A stretch of 49,367 nt of DNA from an uncultured Bacteroidota bacterium (GCA_903912405.1 CAIWHF010000123.1:1-49367), one strand, 5' to 3'. Numbered from the stretch's first letter, positions 9,165-18,423 are shown. A program made the numbers and translations. Notes: generated by a model from the sequence alone, not told the origin.

Positions 9165-10805
9165 ATGAAACAGTTTAGAAAACATAACCCTATTTTTTTT
9201 GTAGTACTATGTATCTGTTCCTTGATAGATGCGAAGGCTCAGACGAATACCGACACGGTCATTAATAATAATACCATACAAATAATCCAAGCCTATAAGC
9301 CTGTTGTAAAAGCAATTTCTAAAATTGAATTTTATCCTCAGCAGTCTCCAGAGGATACCAATTTTAAAATAGGCTTGTATTATAAAGTACCACAGCAACA
9401 ATTGCTATATACCTACAAATCAGTACCCATCAATCCACTTGCTTTAGGTAAAGAGTTAAAAGGAACAGCACTTCCAAATTTTGTATCGCTAGGATTGGGT
9501 ACTTTAAAAACGATACAGCTACAAGCTTCCTTGTTCAATCTGCATAGCAGGCATGTAGAACAATCCTTGTATGGGTATTATAATCAACAACAAGCGGCGT
9601 TGCCTTTTCAAAAATACCAAGATGCTCTTGTTTATTATCATTTGATGAGAGTGCGCGCGCATTGGAATTTTTATGTAGATGCCAATTTAGAACATAATAA
9701 TTTCTATTACTTTGGTGCCGATTCTATTGATCAAAAATCAGCTACAGATATTCATCAGCAATTATTTAAACTTTCTACTTCATTTACTGCTCGAAATACG
9801 ACAAAAGATAAATTTGGATTTTTTTATAAGCCTAGTCTTTCGTTTACAAATGTGCACACGATAGAAAAGGCCAATGAGTTAGCTATTGGAATTTCACTGC
9901 CGGCTTTATATGAATTGAATACCTATAGCAAATTGACGGCTAGTTTATCGAGCAATATGGCTTTTTATCGTCTCGATACGCTTTCCAATAATAATATATT
10001 CACACAGTTGCAATTTGCGTATCAAAGAACGTATAAATCCTTACAATTCGATTTAGGAATAGCACCTACTATTGCGGCAATAGGATTTAAGGCACTCCCA
10101 ACGTTTGCTGTTTTATGGAACACGAAATATAAAGTGCCTTTACAATTATTGTTTGAGCATAAAGGAAGTGTCATGGCTAATAATCTGAATGATTTGCTGC
10201 TTGATAATAAATATACCAACCCAGTTTATTTTAATTATTATCAAAGTATTAAAACAAGTACAAAATTACAAGTAGACGCTCGTATTGGAAATCATATCAG
10301 TGCCGGTATATTGGTGGCAAACGAAGCGTATGATCAATTAGCTTATTTTAAAAGAGATACCCTTTCTGCATTGAATTTTAATGTATCCGCAATGCCTCAA
10401 GTTAAAAATTTGCTACTCATGGCTCATTTCAATTATCAAGTAACTAAGTCGCTTCAAGTGATCAATGAGCTCAAGAAATATAACTATACATCGGCTTCTG
10501 GTGCCGCTTTACTGAACATGCCTACCTTCAGTTTTCATAGTCATGTACTTGTGCAAGCCTTTAAAAAACTATATTTCGATGCTGGTTTGAATGTATTTTC
10601 GGGCCAAACAACCCAAATAGCTCGTATAGACACAAAAATGCAGTCATTTGTAGATCTTTCAGGCTTGTTGCAATATAACCTTAAGCCTCGCATTGATTTT
10701 CAGCTAAAATTCAACAATTTATTAAATAATACTAATCCTAGATGGTACGGATATTCAAATTTTGGTACTAACTTCGCGGCAGTTATTAGTTATAAATTTA
10801 AATAG
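9165..10805 (+). CDS. Hypothetical secreted protein, probable outer-membrane beta-barrel; no family recognised
   Basis: 546 aa. Signal peptide FFVVLCICSLIDAKAQ. Alternating hydrophobic/polar beta-strand-like composition rich in Y/N/F/L, with an aromatic-rich C-terminus (AAVISYKFK). Starts 6 nt after the TPR gene. The coding call is firm; the barrel assignment is inference. Confidence 0.55.
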   Translation: MKQFRKHNPIFFVVLCICSLIDAKAQTNTDTVINNNTIQIIQAYKPVVKAISKIEFYPQQSPEDTNFKIGLYYKVPQQQLLYTYKSVPINPLALGKELKGTALPNFVSLGLGTLKTIQLQASLFNLHSRHVEQSLYGYYNQQQAALPFQKYQDALVYYHLMRVRAHWNFYVDANLEHNNFYYFGADSIDQKSATDIHQQLFKLSTSFTARNTTKDKFGFFYKPSLSFTNVHTIEKANELAIGISLPALYELNTYSKLTASLSSNMAFYRLDTLSNNNIFTQLQFAYQRTYKSLQFDLGIAPTIAAIGFKALPTFAVLWNTKYKVPLQLLFEHKGSVMANNLNDLLLDNKYTNPVYFNYYQSIKTSTKLQVDARIGNHISAGILVANEAYDQLAYFKRDTLSALNFNVSAMPQVKNLLLMAHFNYQVTKSLQVINELKKYNYTSASGAALLNMPTFSFHSHVLVQAFKKLYFDAGLNVFSGQTTQIARIDTKMQSFVDLSGLLQYNLKPRIDFQLKFNNLLNNTNPRWYGYSNFGTNFAAVISYKFK

Positions 10806-10827
10806 TACTGTTTTAAGAATTTTCATT

Positions 10828-11661
10828 ATGGATATTGCAAGTTACATCGGACAATTTTTATTAAGAAATAAATATTGTTATTTACATGGTATAGGAAGTT
10901 TGAAATTAAGTAAGTTGCCCAACAAAGATTCGGGTTCCCTAGCTTATCACGTTCAATTATTACCAGGTGGATCCATTGATGATTTATTTGCCAATTTTGT
11001 AGCCACTAGCGAACAAGTAAGTATATCAAAAGCGGCTAATGCCATACGAGAGTATAATACAGAAATAAGATCGATATTAGATGCTAAGCAAAATGTTAGC
11101 ATACCAAGTATTGGTTATTTAACAAAGGTAGATAATCATTATAGCTTTGTAACTGATGCTACCTTTTCTTATCAACCTGCGGTTAATCCAGCCTTGAAAT
11201 TTGTAAATGCCAAGCCAATTAAAGAAACTACTGAAGCAGAAGAACCTATAGTAGTAGCACCTAAAAAAGCAATAATTAATTGGAGTAAAATAATTCTATT
11301 TATTTCTTTATTGATGGTGGTTACCATAGCTATTTATTTTATCGCTACACAGTCTCAAAAAATTTCGGCTACTCAAGAAGAGCCTATTATCAATACTCCA
11401 GCTGTTACCGTAGATACTACCATAGCTACTGTAGCTGCGGAATACAAGTTTTTAATTAAAACGTATGCTACGCTTGGTGCAGCGGTAAAACGCTATCATC
11501 AATTACTTTCATATGGTAATAATGTAGGTCTTCAGACGAGTGATTCTACTTCTTATCAATTGTTTGTATCGCTTGCTGTACCGGCCATAGATACCAACAA
11601 GGTTAAGGATTCTATAAGAGTAATTTTCAATCCAAAAGGTACTATTACGATTATAAAATAA
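10828..11661 (+). CDS. Membrane protein with HU/CCDC81-like N-terminal modules and a C-terminal SPOR-like peptidoglycan-binding domain
   Basis: ORF track 10762..11661; start set at ATG 10828 (MDIASYIGQFLLRNKYCYLHGIGSLKL), which resembles the HU_CCDC81 bacterial module. A second similar module is FANFVATSEQVSISKAANAIREYNTEIRSILDAKQNVSIPSIGYL. One TM helix, WSKIILFISLLMVVTIAIYFIA. The C-terminus YKFLIKTYATLGAAVKRYHQLLSYGNNVGLQTSDSTSYQLFVSL looks SPOR-like. Confidence 0.55.
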   Translation: MDIASYIGQFLLRNKYCYLHGIGSLKLSKLPNKDSGSLAYHVQLLPGGSIDDLFANFVATSEQVSISKAANAIREYNTEIRSILDAKQNVSIPSIGYLTKVDNHYSFVTDATFSYQPAVNPALKFVNAKPIKETTEAEEPIVVAPKKAIINWSKIILFISLLMVVTIAIYFIATQSQKISATQEEPIINTPAVTVDTTIATVAAEYKFLIKTYATLGAAVKRYHQLLSYGNNVGLQTSDSTSYQLFVSLAVPAIDTNKVKDSIRVIFNPKGTITIIK

Positions 11662-12135
11662 TTACTTGATCTGTTTTTCCAGTTCGTTGAGTACATAAAA
11701 AACAGCCGGACAAACCTGGCTATTCGTAAGTGTTAAGGGAATTCTTTTGATAAGAACATCTTCGTCGGTATAAGGATATCTACTACAATCACTTGGCCGC
11801 ACGTCGTAGATATTGCAAGTATTATCACTTGCTAAAAAAGGACAAGGTTTTTGTCGAAGCACATAATCGTTTTCGTTGTCTAGCTTTAAGTACCTACTAA
11901 CTAAGTCGCCTTCTTTAATTTTTAAATATTTAGCAATGCGTTTTATATCGGGTTGCTTGAATCTTGGAGAATGATTTTTGCAACAATTCGCACAATCTAA
12001 ACAGTTAATTTTTTCAAAAGCTTCCTCGTGTAAGTCGGGTAGTGCTTTTAAAATTTTCTGTTTAGATCCTTTTTCTAAAAGACGTTTAAATTGTTTTTGC
12101 TTTTCGCTCGATTCTTTTTTCCAATCGTTATTCAT
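11662..12135 (-). CDS. YkgJ-family cysteine-cluster (zinc/iron-chelating, UPF0153) protein
   Basis: 157 aa with the CLDCANCCKN cluster plus later Cys residues (QKPCPFL..DNTCNIYDVRPSDCSRYP), the typical YkgJ/CxxCxxCC arrangement. Confidence 0.65.
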   Translation of the reverse strand: MNNDWKKESSEKQKQFKRLLEKGSKQKILKALPDLHEEAFEKINCLDCANCCKNHSPRFKQPDIKRIAKYLKIKEGDLVSRYLKLDNENDYVLRQKPCPFLASDNTCNIYDVRPSDCSRYPYTDEDVLIKRIPLTLTNSQVCPAVFYVLNELEKQIK

Positions 12136-12150
12136 ACCTATAGCTAGCTT

Positions 12151-12183
12151 AAAAAAAAGCTGATGAAACCATCAGCTTTTAAA
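12151..12183 (-). terminator. Rho-independent terminator after parB
   Basis: On the minus strand: AAAAGCTGATG-GTTT-CATCAGCTTTTTTTT. An 8-bp stem (12158-12165 / 12170-12177) followed by a T8 run, immediately after the parB stop at 12184. Confidence 0.6.
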
Positions 12184-13104
12184 TTACAAGTTCATTTTAT
12201 CCATGATGCGTTCTAAGTCCTGGTCGTTATAAAACTCTATAGTAACGCTTCCTTTCCCATTTTTAGATCGATCTAACTTTACTCTAGTAGCAAAGTGTGA
12301 AGCCATATTGTCTTCAATTCTTTTATACGCAGGAGGCAATTTAGAGGCATTGGTGGTGTTTTTGCTACTGCTCGATTTTTCATGTAGCAGATTCTTCACC
12401 AATTGTTCTACTTGCCTTACCGATAAGCCTTTTTCAAGCGTTTCTCTGTGCGCATATAATTGTTGTTCTATCTTATCTAAGCTAATCAATGCACGTGCAT
12501 GGCCCATGCTGATAGATCCATCGCGTACCGATTTTTGAATATCTGGAGGTAATTTCAATAAGCGTAAATAATTGGCAACCGTACTGCGCTCTTTCTTCAT
12601 GCGTTCCGCCACTTGTTCTTGCGTAAGATCGCACTCGTCCATTAAGCGTTTATAACTTAAGCCAATTTCTATAGCGTTTAAATTTTCTCTTTGCAAATTT
12701 TCCAACAAGGCCATTTCCAATAGCTGTTGGTCATTGGCCGTACGTATATAGGCTGGGATATCGTTTAGTCCGGCTAATTTAGAAGCTCTCCAACGGCGCT
12801 CACCAGAGATTAATTGGAATTTTCCCGTAGCTAATTTTACAACAGTAACGGGTTGTATAATATCGTGCAGTTTTATGCTTTCCGCTAATTCATTCAATGA
12901 TTTCTCATCAAAATCATGTCGGGGTTGTTTAGGATTGATTTGAATTTGATCTACAGGGATGCGCATAATGCCCGTGCTCGGCACACTGTTGGGTTTAGCA
13001 TCTCGAGCATCTTTATTGCTCAATTCTTCATCAATACTATTAAGCAAGGCTCTGATACCTTTGCCTAAAGCTTGCTTTTTATTGCTATTATTAGTTGTTG
13101 CCAT
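12184..13104 (-). CDS. parB: Chromosome partitioning protein ParB (Spo0J family)
   Basis: 306 aa. ParB box motifs IQINPKQPRHDFDEKSLNELAESIKLHDIIQPV and LISGERRWRASKLAG, plus an HTH region LTQEQVAERMKKERSTVANYLRLLKLP. Confidence 0.9.
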   Translation of the reverse strand: MATTNNSNKKQALGKGIRALLNSIDEELSNKDARDAKPNSVPSTGIMRIPVDQIQINPKQPRHDFDEKSLNELAESIKLHDIIQPVTVVKLATGKFQLISGERRWRASKLAGLNDIPAYIRTANDQQLLEMALLENLQRENLNAIEIGLSYKRLMDECDLTQEQVAERMKKERSTVANYLRLLKLPPDIQKSVRDGSISMGHARALISLDKIEQQLYAHRETLEKGLSVRQVEQLVKNLLHEKSSSSKNTTNASKLPPAYKRIEDNMASHFATRVKLDRSKNGKGSVTIEFYNDQDLERIMDKMNL

Positions 13105-13111
13105 GGAAATA

Positions 13112-13912
13112 TTAATCTATAATTTTATCTTCATTTTTTATTTTCGTGAGGTTGTTTTTTTGCAAAATCTCTTTAGCTAAATTCAAGTAGTTAACCGTAC
13201 CTGAACATACAGCGTCATACATAATTACTGGTTTGCCAAAACTTGGTGCTTCGCTCAATTTAGTATTTCTGTGAATGATGGTATTGAAAACAAGGTCTTC
13301 AAAGTGGTTTTTAATTTCTTCTACTACTTGATTTGATAGGCGTAATCGACCATCGTACATGGTCATTAAAACACCTTCAATTTGCAATGAAGGGTTGAGG
13401 CGCGCTTGTACAATTTTTACCGTGTTCAATAATTTACCTAAACCTTCTAATGCAAAATATTCGCATTGTACAGGGATAATAATACTATCAGCTGCGGTGA
13501 GTGCATTGATGGTGATAAGACCTAAGGAAGGAGAGCAATCAATAATGATAAAATCAAATTGTTTCTTTTGTTCTTCTAATACAGCACTTAAAATATGCTC
13601 TCTGTTGGGGTGGTTGATAAGCTCAATTTCAGCACCTACTAAATCTACATGAGAAGGTAATACATATAAATTAGGTGTTTCGGTTTCTAGAATAATTTGA
13701 TTAGCCGGCGTTTCATTCACCATGCAATCATACAAACTTAGTTGTATATTCTTTAATTCAAAACCATTTCCAGTAGTCGCATTTGCTTGCGGATCGCCAT
13801 CAATTAAAAGTGTTTTGTAATCTAATGCCGCTAAACTTGCAGCTAAATTAATAGCTGTTGTTGTTTTTCCAACACCTCCCTTCTGAATTGCTATAGCTAT
13901 TATTTTTGCCAT
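13112..13912 (-). CDS. parA: Chromosome partitioning ATPase ParA (Soj family)
   Basis: 266 aa. Deviant Walker A QKGGVGKTTTAINLA; DGDPQANAT; IIIDCSPSLG. Lies 7 nt upstream of parB. Confidence 0.9.
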   Translation of the reverse strand: MAKIIAIAIQKGGVGKTTTAINLAASLAALDYKTLLIDGDPQANATTGNGFELKNIQLSLYDCMVNETPANQIILETETPNLYVLPSHVDLVGAEIELINHPNREHILSAVLEEQKKQFDFIIIDCSPSLGLITINALTAADSIIIPVQCEYFALEGLGKLLNTVKIVQARLNPSLQIEGVLMTMYDGRLRLSNQVVEEIKNHFEDLVFNTIIHRNTKLSEAPSFGKPVIMYDAVCSGTVNYLNLAKEILQKNNLTKIKNEDKIID

Positions 13913-13918
13913 ATGTAT

Positions 13919-14602
13919 TTAATGAATTGTAAAATTGGTATGCAATGGAGGTAAAATTAACGCCAAATTATTGGCCGCAAAATGATCCATTGCTTTGTTA
14001 TGATCTATTTCTATATACCCAAAGGTATCGTAATGTACGCCAATCACTTTTTGGGTAGCTACAAATTGCGCTGCTTTGCAAGCGTCTTCATAGCCCATGG
14101 TGAAATTATCGCCAATTGGTAAAATGGCAAAATCGATAGGCGCATACATAGGTATTAATTGCATCTCTATGGATAAGGCCGTATCGCCTGCATAATAGAA
14201 ATTACCTTCTGCGGTGCTTACAACAAATCCAGCTGGATTGCCGCCATAAGTGCCATCGGGTAATACACTACTGTGAAGAGCTGGTACCATTTTTACTTTG
14301 CCGAAATCGAATTGTTTTGCACCACCTAAGTTTAAGGGGTGTACGTTTTTACAACCTTGTTGCAAGGCCCATTGCGTAATTTCATGCATTGCAATAATTA
14401 AAGCACCGGTATTTTTAGCTATGGCTAATAAATCGGCAACATGATCGCCATGGCCATGAGAAACAAAGATATAGTCAGCTTGTATAGCCATTATATCAAT
14501 GTCTTTTGCCAAAGGGTTTCCTGTGAAAAAAGGGTCGAAAAGGAGTTTCTTTCCTGCCGTTTCTATACAAAAAGTAGCATGTCCGTAATAGGTAAATTGC
14601 AT
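13919..14602 (-). CDS. Metal-dependent hydrolase, MBL fold (UPF0173-like)
   Basis: ORF track 13919..14644; start set at ATG 14602 (MQFTYYGHATFCIE...). The HxHxDH motif VSHGHGDHVAD and an overall ~227-aa length are typical of the UPF0173 family. Lies 6 nt upstream of parA. Confidence 0.75.
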   Translation of the reverse strand: MQFTYYGHATFCIETAGKKLLFDPFFTGNPLAKDIDIMAIQADYIFVSHGHGDHVADLLAIAKNTGALIIAMHEITQWALQQGCKNVHPLNLGGAKQFDFGKVKMVPALHSSVLPDGTYGGNPAGFVVSTAEGNFYYAGDTALSIEMQLIPMYAPIDFAILPIGDNFTMGYEDACKAAQFVATQKVIGVHYDTFGYIEIDHNKAMDHFAANNLALILPPLHTNFTIH

Positions 14603-14747
14603 CTGTAATCTTATTACTACAAAAATACTATTTTCTTGCCTCATTTTTTTTCATAATTGTTCACATTTTTGAACATCTAAGACCTCTTGTTGTTAGTATT
14701 TAGTTAATTAAAGGTATTAACTAAGCGGATCTCTGCAGAAAGGCAAT

Positions 14748-14755
14748 TACCTTTG
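14748..14755 (+). promoter_or_regulatory. Candidate TAnnTTTG -7 box for the metallophosphoesterase gene
   Basis: TACCTTTG lies 28 nt upstream of ATG 14783. The ORF-track start at 14753 is the TTG inside this box, which argues for ATG 14783 as the real start. Confidence 0.35.
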
Positions 14756-14782
14756 CACAAACCAATTTCGATCTACAAAAGC

Positions 14783-16030
14783 ATGCTAACTCGTTTTTTA
14801 ATTTTTATTTCTATTCTTCTTTTAGCAGAATATTTTAGTTTCAGTTTAGTTAAATCGGCTACGCAGACTTTTCCCTCAAATTGGAAATGGGGTGTTCGTG
14901 TTTTTTATATTGGCTTTACTTTAATGACCTGGCTTGGATTTGTAGCCTTTAGAGTCATTAAATGGGGAAGTTTGCCAACGAGTATTCGCAATGTTTACAT
15001 TGCTGTAGTTATGGGTTTTATCATAGCTAAAGTATTAATCACCCTGGTCTTATTAATCGATGAATTAAGAAGAGGCGGCACCTGGACTTTAGCTAAACTA
15101 TTTCCGGAAAAGCCCTACTTCAAACAAGTGCAAGAAAATGGCATTTCACGTTCTCAGTTTTTCCAACATTTAGCCCTCACGCTTGGAGGCGTATCTATTG
15201 CTGGTTTTATTTACGGGATGAGCAATCGCTATAACTATAAACTTAAAAAAGTAAAGATTGCTTCTGCCAAGATTAACGATGCTTTAAAAGGTCTGCGCAT
15301 TATTCAAATTTCCGATATTCACTCGGGTAGTTTTGATGATTTTGAGGCCGTAGCTGCTGGTGTGCGTATGATAAAAGAACAACAAGCAGATTTGATTGTT
15401 TTTACCGGCGATTTGGTAAATAATATACACGAAGAAATAATACCCTATAAAGAATTATTTGCTAGTTTGAAAGCGCCTCTTGGCTTGTATTCTATTTTAG
15501 GCAATCATGATTATGGCGATTATGTAAGTTGGCCTAGCGATATGGCTAAACGGACTAATTTAGAAAAATTAAAAACCATTCATGCAGAGATGGGATGGAA
15601 ATTAATGATGAATGAGCATGTAGTTTTAAATCATAATGGACAAGATTTGGCGCTGATTGGAATAGAAAATTGGGGTGCCAAAGCTAATTTTCCAAAATAC
15701 GGAGACATGCAAAAAGCTTATCAGGGAATGGAAGATAAACAAGCTCTTTTCCAAATATTATTATCGCATGATCCATCGCATTGGGATGCGCAAGTGCGCA
15801 AAGAATATCCAAACATTGATTTGACCTTAAGCGGGCATACACATGGCATGCAATTTGGCATCGAAATTCCTTGGTTGAAATGGAGCCCGGTACAATATTT
15901 ATACAAACAATGGGCAGGCCATTATCAAGAAAATGGTCAGCAGCTCTATGTCAATAGAGGTTATGGATTTTTAGGCTATCCCGGAAGATTGGGTATTATG
16001 CCAGAGATTACCCTTATCGAATTGGCTTAA
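14783..16030 (+). CDS. Membrane-anchored metallophosphoesterase (calcineurin-like, YkuE-type)
   Basis: N-terminal TM helices followed by phosphoesterase motifs: IIQISDIHSG (DxH), FTGDLVNN (GDxxN), LGNHDYG (GNHD), LLSHDPSH, LSGHTHG (GHxH). Confidence 0.8.
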   Translation: MLTRFLIFISILLLAEYFSFSLVKSATQTFPSNWKWGVRVFYIGFTLMTWLGFVAFRVIKWGSLPTSIRNVYIAVVMGFIIAKVLITLVLLIDELRRGGTWTLAKLFPEKPYFKQVQENGISRSQFFQHLALTLGGVSIAGFIYGMSNRYNYKLKKVKIASAKINDALKGLRIIQISDIHSGSFDDFEAVAAGVRMIKEQQADLIVFTGDLVNNIHEEIIPYKELFASLKAPLGLYSILGNHDYGDYVSWPSDMAKRTNLEKLKTIHAEMGWKLMMNEHVVLNHNGQDLALIGIENWGAKANFPKYGDMQKAYQGMEDKQALFQILLSHDPSHWDAQVRKEYPNIDLTLSGHTHGMQFGIEIPWLKWSPVQYLYKQWAGHYQENGQQLYVNRGYGFLGYPGRLGIMPEITLIELA

Positions 16031-16252
16031 GACAAATACAACAATTGCTCTGCATAAAACATAATATGCTCCAGTGTTTGTGTTGATACACTGGGTAGCT
16101 GTTTTTGATGAACTTGTTTTTTAAGTGTTTTATTGCTTGGGTTTTTGGAGGGTGTTTTAGGCTTGGGTAGTGTTTTTTCCATAGATCATTTTTGATGTAC
16201 TATATACTAACGAACAACGAATTAAAATTATTGTATTCAATAACTCCAAATC

Positions 16253-17164
16253 ATGAAAATAGGCATAACGGGTGGTACGGGATTGGTAGGCAAACGCCTC
16301 GTAACGCTATTCATTCAAAGTGGTTACGAAGTTTTTGTTTTTACAAGAAATGCTAAAATTCAATCTAAAGAACAGAGTCTTCATTATACCTATTGGGATC
16401 CAACAGAAAAGGTAATAGATATAAATGTATTATCCAGTTTGCACGCTATTGTTCATATCGCTGGCGCAAATGTGGCAGAAAAACGATGGACGCGATCTCG
16501 TAAACAAGAAATTTTAGAAAGCAGAACCCTTTCCACATCTTTTTTAGTAGAACAAATAAATAAGTATGCTAGTGTATGTACTAGTTTTGTTAGTGCCTCA
16601 GCTATTGGCATTTATGGTCCGGATGCGCAACCTGCAACGCCATTTAAAGAACATGCTAAAGCCCATAGTGATTTTTTAGGTACTACTTGTATGCAATGGG
16701 AAGCGAGCTCGGCGTCTTTGAATCCAAACATACGCAGGGTAATGCTAAGAATGGGAATTGTTTTAGCAAAAGAAGGTGGTGCATTAGCACAATTTATAAA
16801 GCCCGTTTCATTTTTTGTTAAACCCCTATTAGGTGGAGGCAAGCAAATCATCAGTTGGATAACGCTGGAAGATATTGCGAACTTGTTTTTGTTTGCTATA
16901 ACACAAAATCATGTTCAAGGTATCTACAATGCAGTAGCACCAAATCCGGTAAGTCAGCAAGGGTTAATGAACGCTATTGCAAGCCAGAAAAACAAATTTG
17001 CTTTGCCAATTTATGTTCCTTCTTTTCTGCTAAAAATAATCTTAGGAGAAATGAGTATTGAAGTGCTTAAAAGTAGTACGGTAAGTGCTGAGAAAATACA
17101 GCAAGCCGGCTTTCATTTTCAAAGCACGGATATTCATCAAGCATTGCAACGCTTGATGAATTAA
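16253..17164 (+). CDS. NAD-dependent epimerase/dehydratase family protein (TIGR01777 / YfcH-like, with DUF1731-type C-terminus)
   Basis: 303 aa. Rossmann motif [16 protein letters not shown]; [13 protein letters not shown]; a C-terminal GFHFQ element typical of YfcH-like proteins. Confidence 0.75.
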   Translation: MKIGITGGTGLVGKRLVTLFIQSGYEVFVFTRNAKIQSKEQSLHYTYWDPTEKVIDINVLSSLHAIVHIAGANVAEKRWTRSRKQEILESRTLSTSFLVEQINKYASVCTSFVSASAIGIYGPDAQPATPFKEHAKAHSDFLGTTCMQWEASSASLNPNIRRVMLRMGIVLAKEGGALAQFIKPVSFFVKPLLGGGKQIISWITLEDIANLFLFAITQNHVQGIYNAVAPNPVSQQGLMNAIASQKNKFALPIYVPSFLLKIILGEMSIEVLKSSTVSAEKIQQAGFHFQSTDIHQALQRLMN

Positions 17165-18330
17165 TGGTAGTTAATTGTAATTTCTTTTGCTATAGCTTTA
17201 GCTTTTTCTACAAGGGAATCTATAGGCGTTTCTAGCGTATCGTACGTAAGCGCTACACCCATTCTCCTGTAGGGTCGAGTGCTCGGTTTGCCAAATAATT
17301 TTACATCTGAACGAGGATGAAGTAAAGCGTTCTCAACACCTTTAATGTCAAAATCTGTACTTGTTTCGCTCGCTAAAATAACAGCACTTGCTGCGGCTTT
17401 TTCTTGTATGATTTGCGGAATAGGTAAACCTAAAATAGCTCTGGCATGCAATTCAAATTCATTAAAATTTTGAGCTCCAGCTAAAGTCACCATGCCCGTA
17501 TCGTGCGGTCGTGGCGATAGTTCGGAGAAATAAACCCCTTCATCGGTTAAGAAAAACTCAACACCCCAAATACCATAACCACCCAATGCTTCCGTAACCT
17601 TAGCCGCCATATGTTGAGCCGATATAATATCTTGTTCCTGCATTATACAGGGTTGCCAGCTTTCTCTATAATCGCCTTTTTCTTGTCGGTGACCAATGGG
17701 TGCGCAAAATAAAGTGGGGCCATTTTTTTGAGTAACCGTAAGCAAGGTTATCTCTGCATAAAAATTTACAAATCCTTCTACAATCACTTCTTGCAAATCG
17801 CCGCGTGAACCTTCTAAGGCATATTGCCATGAAGTAAGTATATCATCTTCTTTCTTAATAACACTTTGTCCTTTACCACTACTGCTCATCAAAGGTTTTA
17901 CTACACAGGGTATACCTATTTGTGCAACGGCTTCTTTAAATGCTTCTAAATTTGTAGCATATCGATACGGCGCTGTCTTTACCCCAAGTTCTTTAGCCGC
18001 TAAGTCTCGAATAGCTTTTCTATTCATCGTAAAATTAGCTGCTTTTGCACTGGGCACAACGGTATATCCTTGTTGCTCATAGTCATAAAAGCGCTCGGTA
18101 CGAATAGCTTCAATTTCTGGAACAATATAATGAGGTTGGTGTTTTTTGATAACAGCATCCAGTGCATTGCCATCGAGCATATTAATAACTTCAAATTCAT
18201 GCGCTACTTGCATAGCCGGAGCATTAGCATAACTATCCACTGCAATTACATATTGCCCTAATCGTTGAAGTGCGATCACTAATTCCTTTCCTAGTTCACC
18301 CGAACCGAGTAGTACAATTTTCTTTTGCAT
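17161..18330 (-). CDS. purT: Formate-dependent phosphoribosylglycinamide formyltransferase (GAR transformylase 2)
   Basis: ORF track 17161..18357; start set at ATG 18330 ([25 protein letters not shown]). Full-length PurT ATP-grasp similarity: [60 protein letters not shown]. Confidence 0.9.
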   Translation of the reverse strand: MQKKIVLLGSGELGKELVIALQRLGQYVIAVDSYANAPAMQVAHEFEVINMLDGNALDAVIKKHQPHYIVPEIEAIRTERFYDYEQQGYTVVPSAKAANFTMNRKAIRDLAAKELGVKTAPYRYATNLEAFKEAVAQIGIPCVVKPLMSSSGKGQSVIKKEDDILTSWQYALEGSRGDLQEVIVEGFVNFYAEITLLTVTQKNGPTLFCAPIGHRQEKGDYRESWQPCIMQEQDIISAQHMAAKVTEALGGYGIWGVEFFLTDEGVYFSELSPRPHDTGMVTLAGAQNFNEFELHARAILGLPIPQIIQEKAAASAVILASETSTDFDIKGVENALLHPRSDVKLFGKPSTRPYRRMGVALTYDTLETPIDSLVEKAKAIAKEITINYH

Positions 18331-18401
18331 GGTTATGAATTTAAAACAAATATACAATTAGATTTTTATTGCTCCGAGCGCTTACTCTTTACTAATTTAA
18401 A

Positions 18402-18409
18402 TACCTTTG
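18402..18409 (+). promoter_or_regulatory. Candidate TAnnTTTG -7 box for the GT-C gene
   Basis: TACCTTTG lies 15 nt upstream of ATG 18424, in the divergent region shared with purT. Motif match only. Confidence 0.3.
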
Positions 18410-18423
18410 TCGAAACCAATAGC

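Noticed and set aside
12489-12500. The 12-bp perfect palindrome ATGCACGTGCAT inside parB, considered as a possible parS-like site.
   Set aside because: It shares only the central CACGTG with the parS consensus. A 12-bp palindrome is expected about a dozen times by chance in 49 kb. It encodes an ordinary HARA segment of ParB.
12184-13912. parA/parB as a marker of a plasmid, ICE or other mobile element.
   Set aside because: The locus is flanked on both sides by core metabolic and housekeeping genes. No integrase, relaxase, conjugation genes, tRNA attachment site or obvious compositional break is visible. It is consistent with chromosomal Soj/Spo0J.
14701-14723. The 8-bp inverted repeat TAGTTAAT-7 nt-ATTAACTA upstream of the metallophosphoesterase gene, and TGTTCA-N7-TGAACA at about 14658-14676.
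   Set aside because: These are short AT-rich inverted repeats of a size expected by chance in AT-rich intergenic DNA. There is no supporting context.
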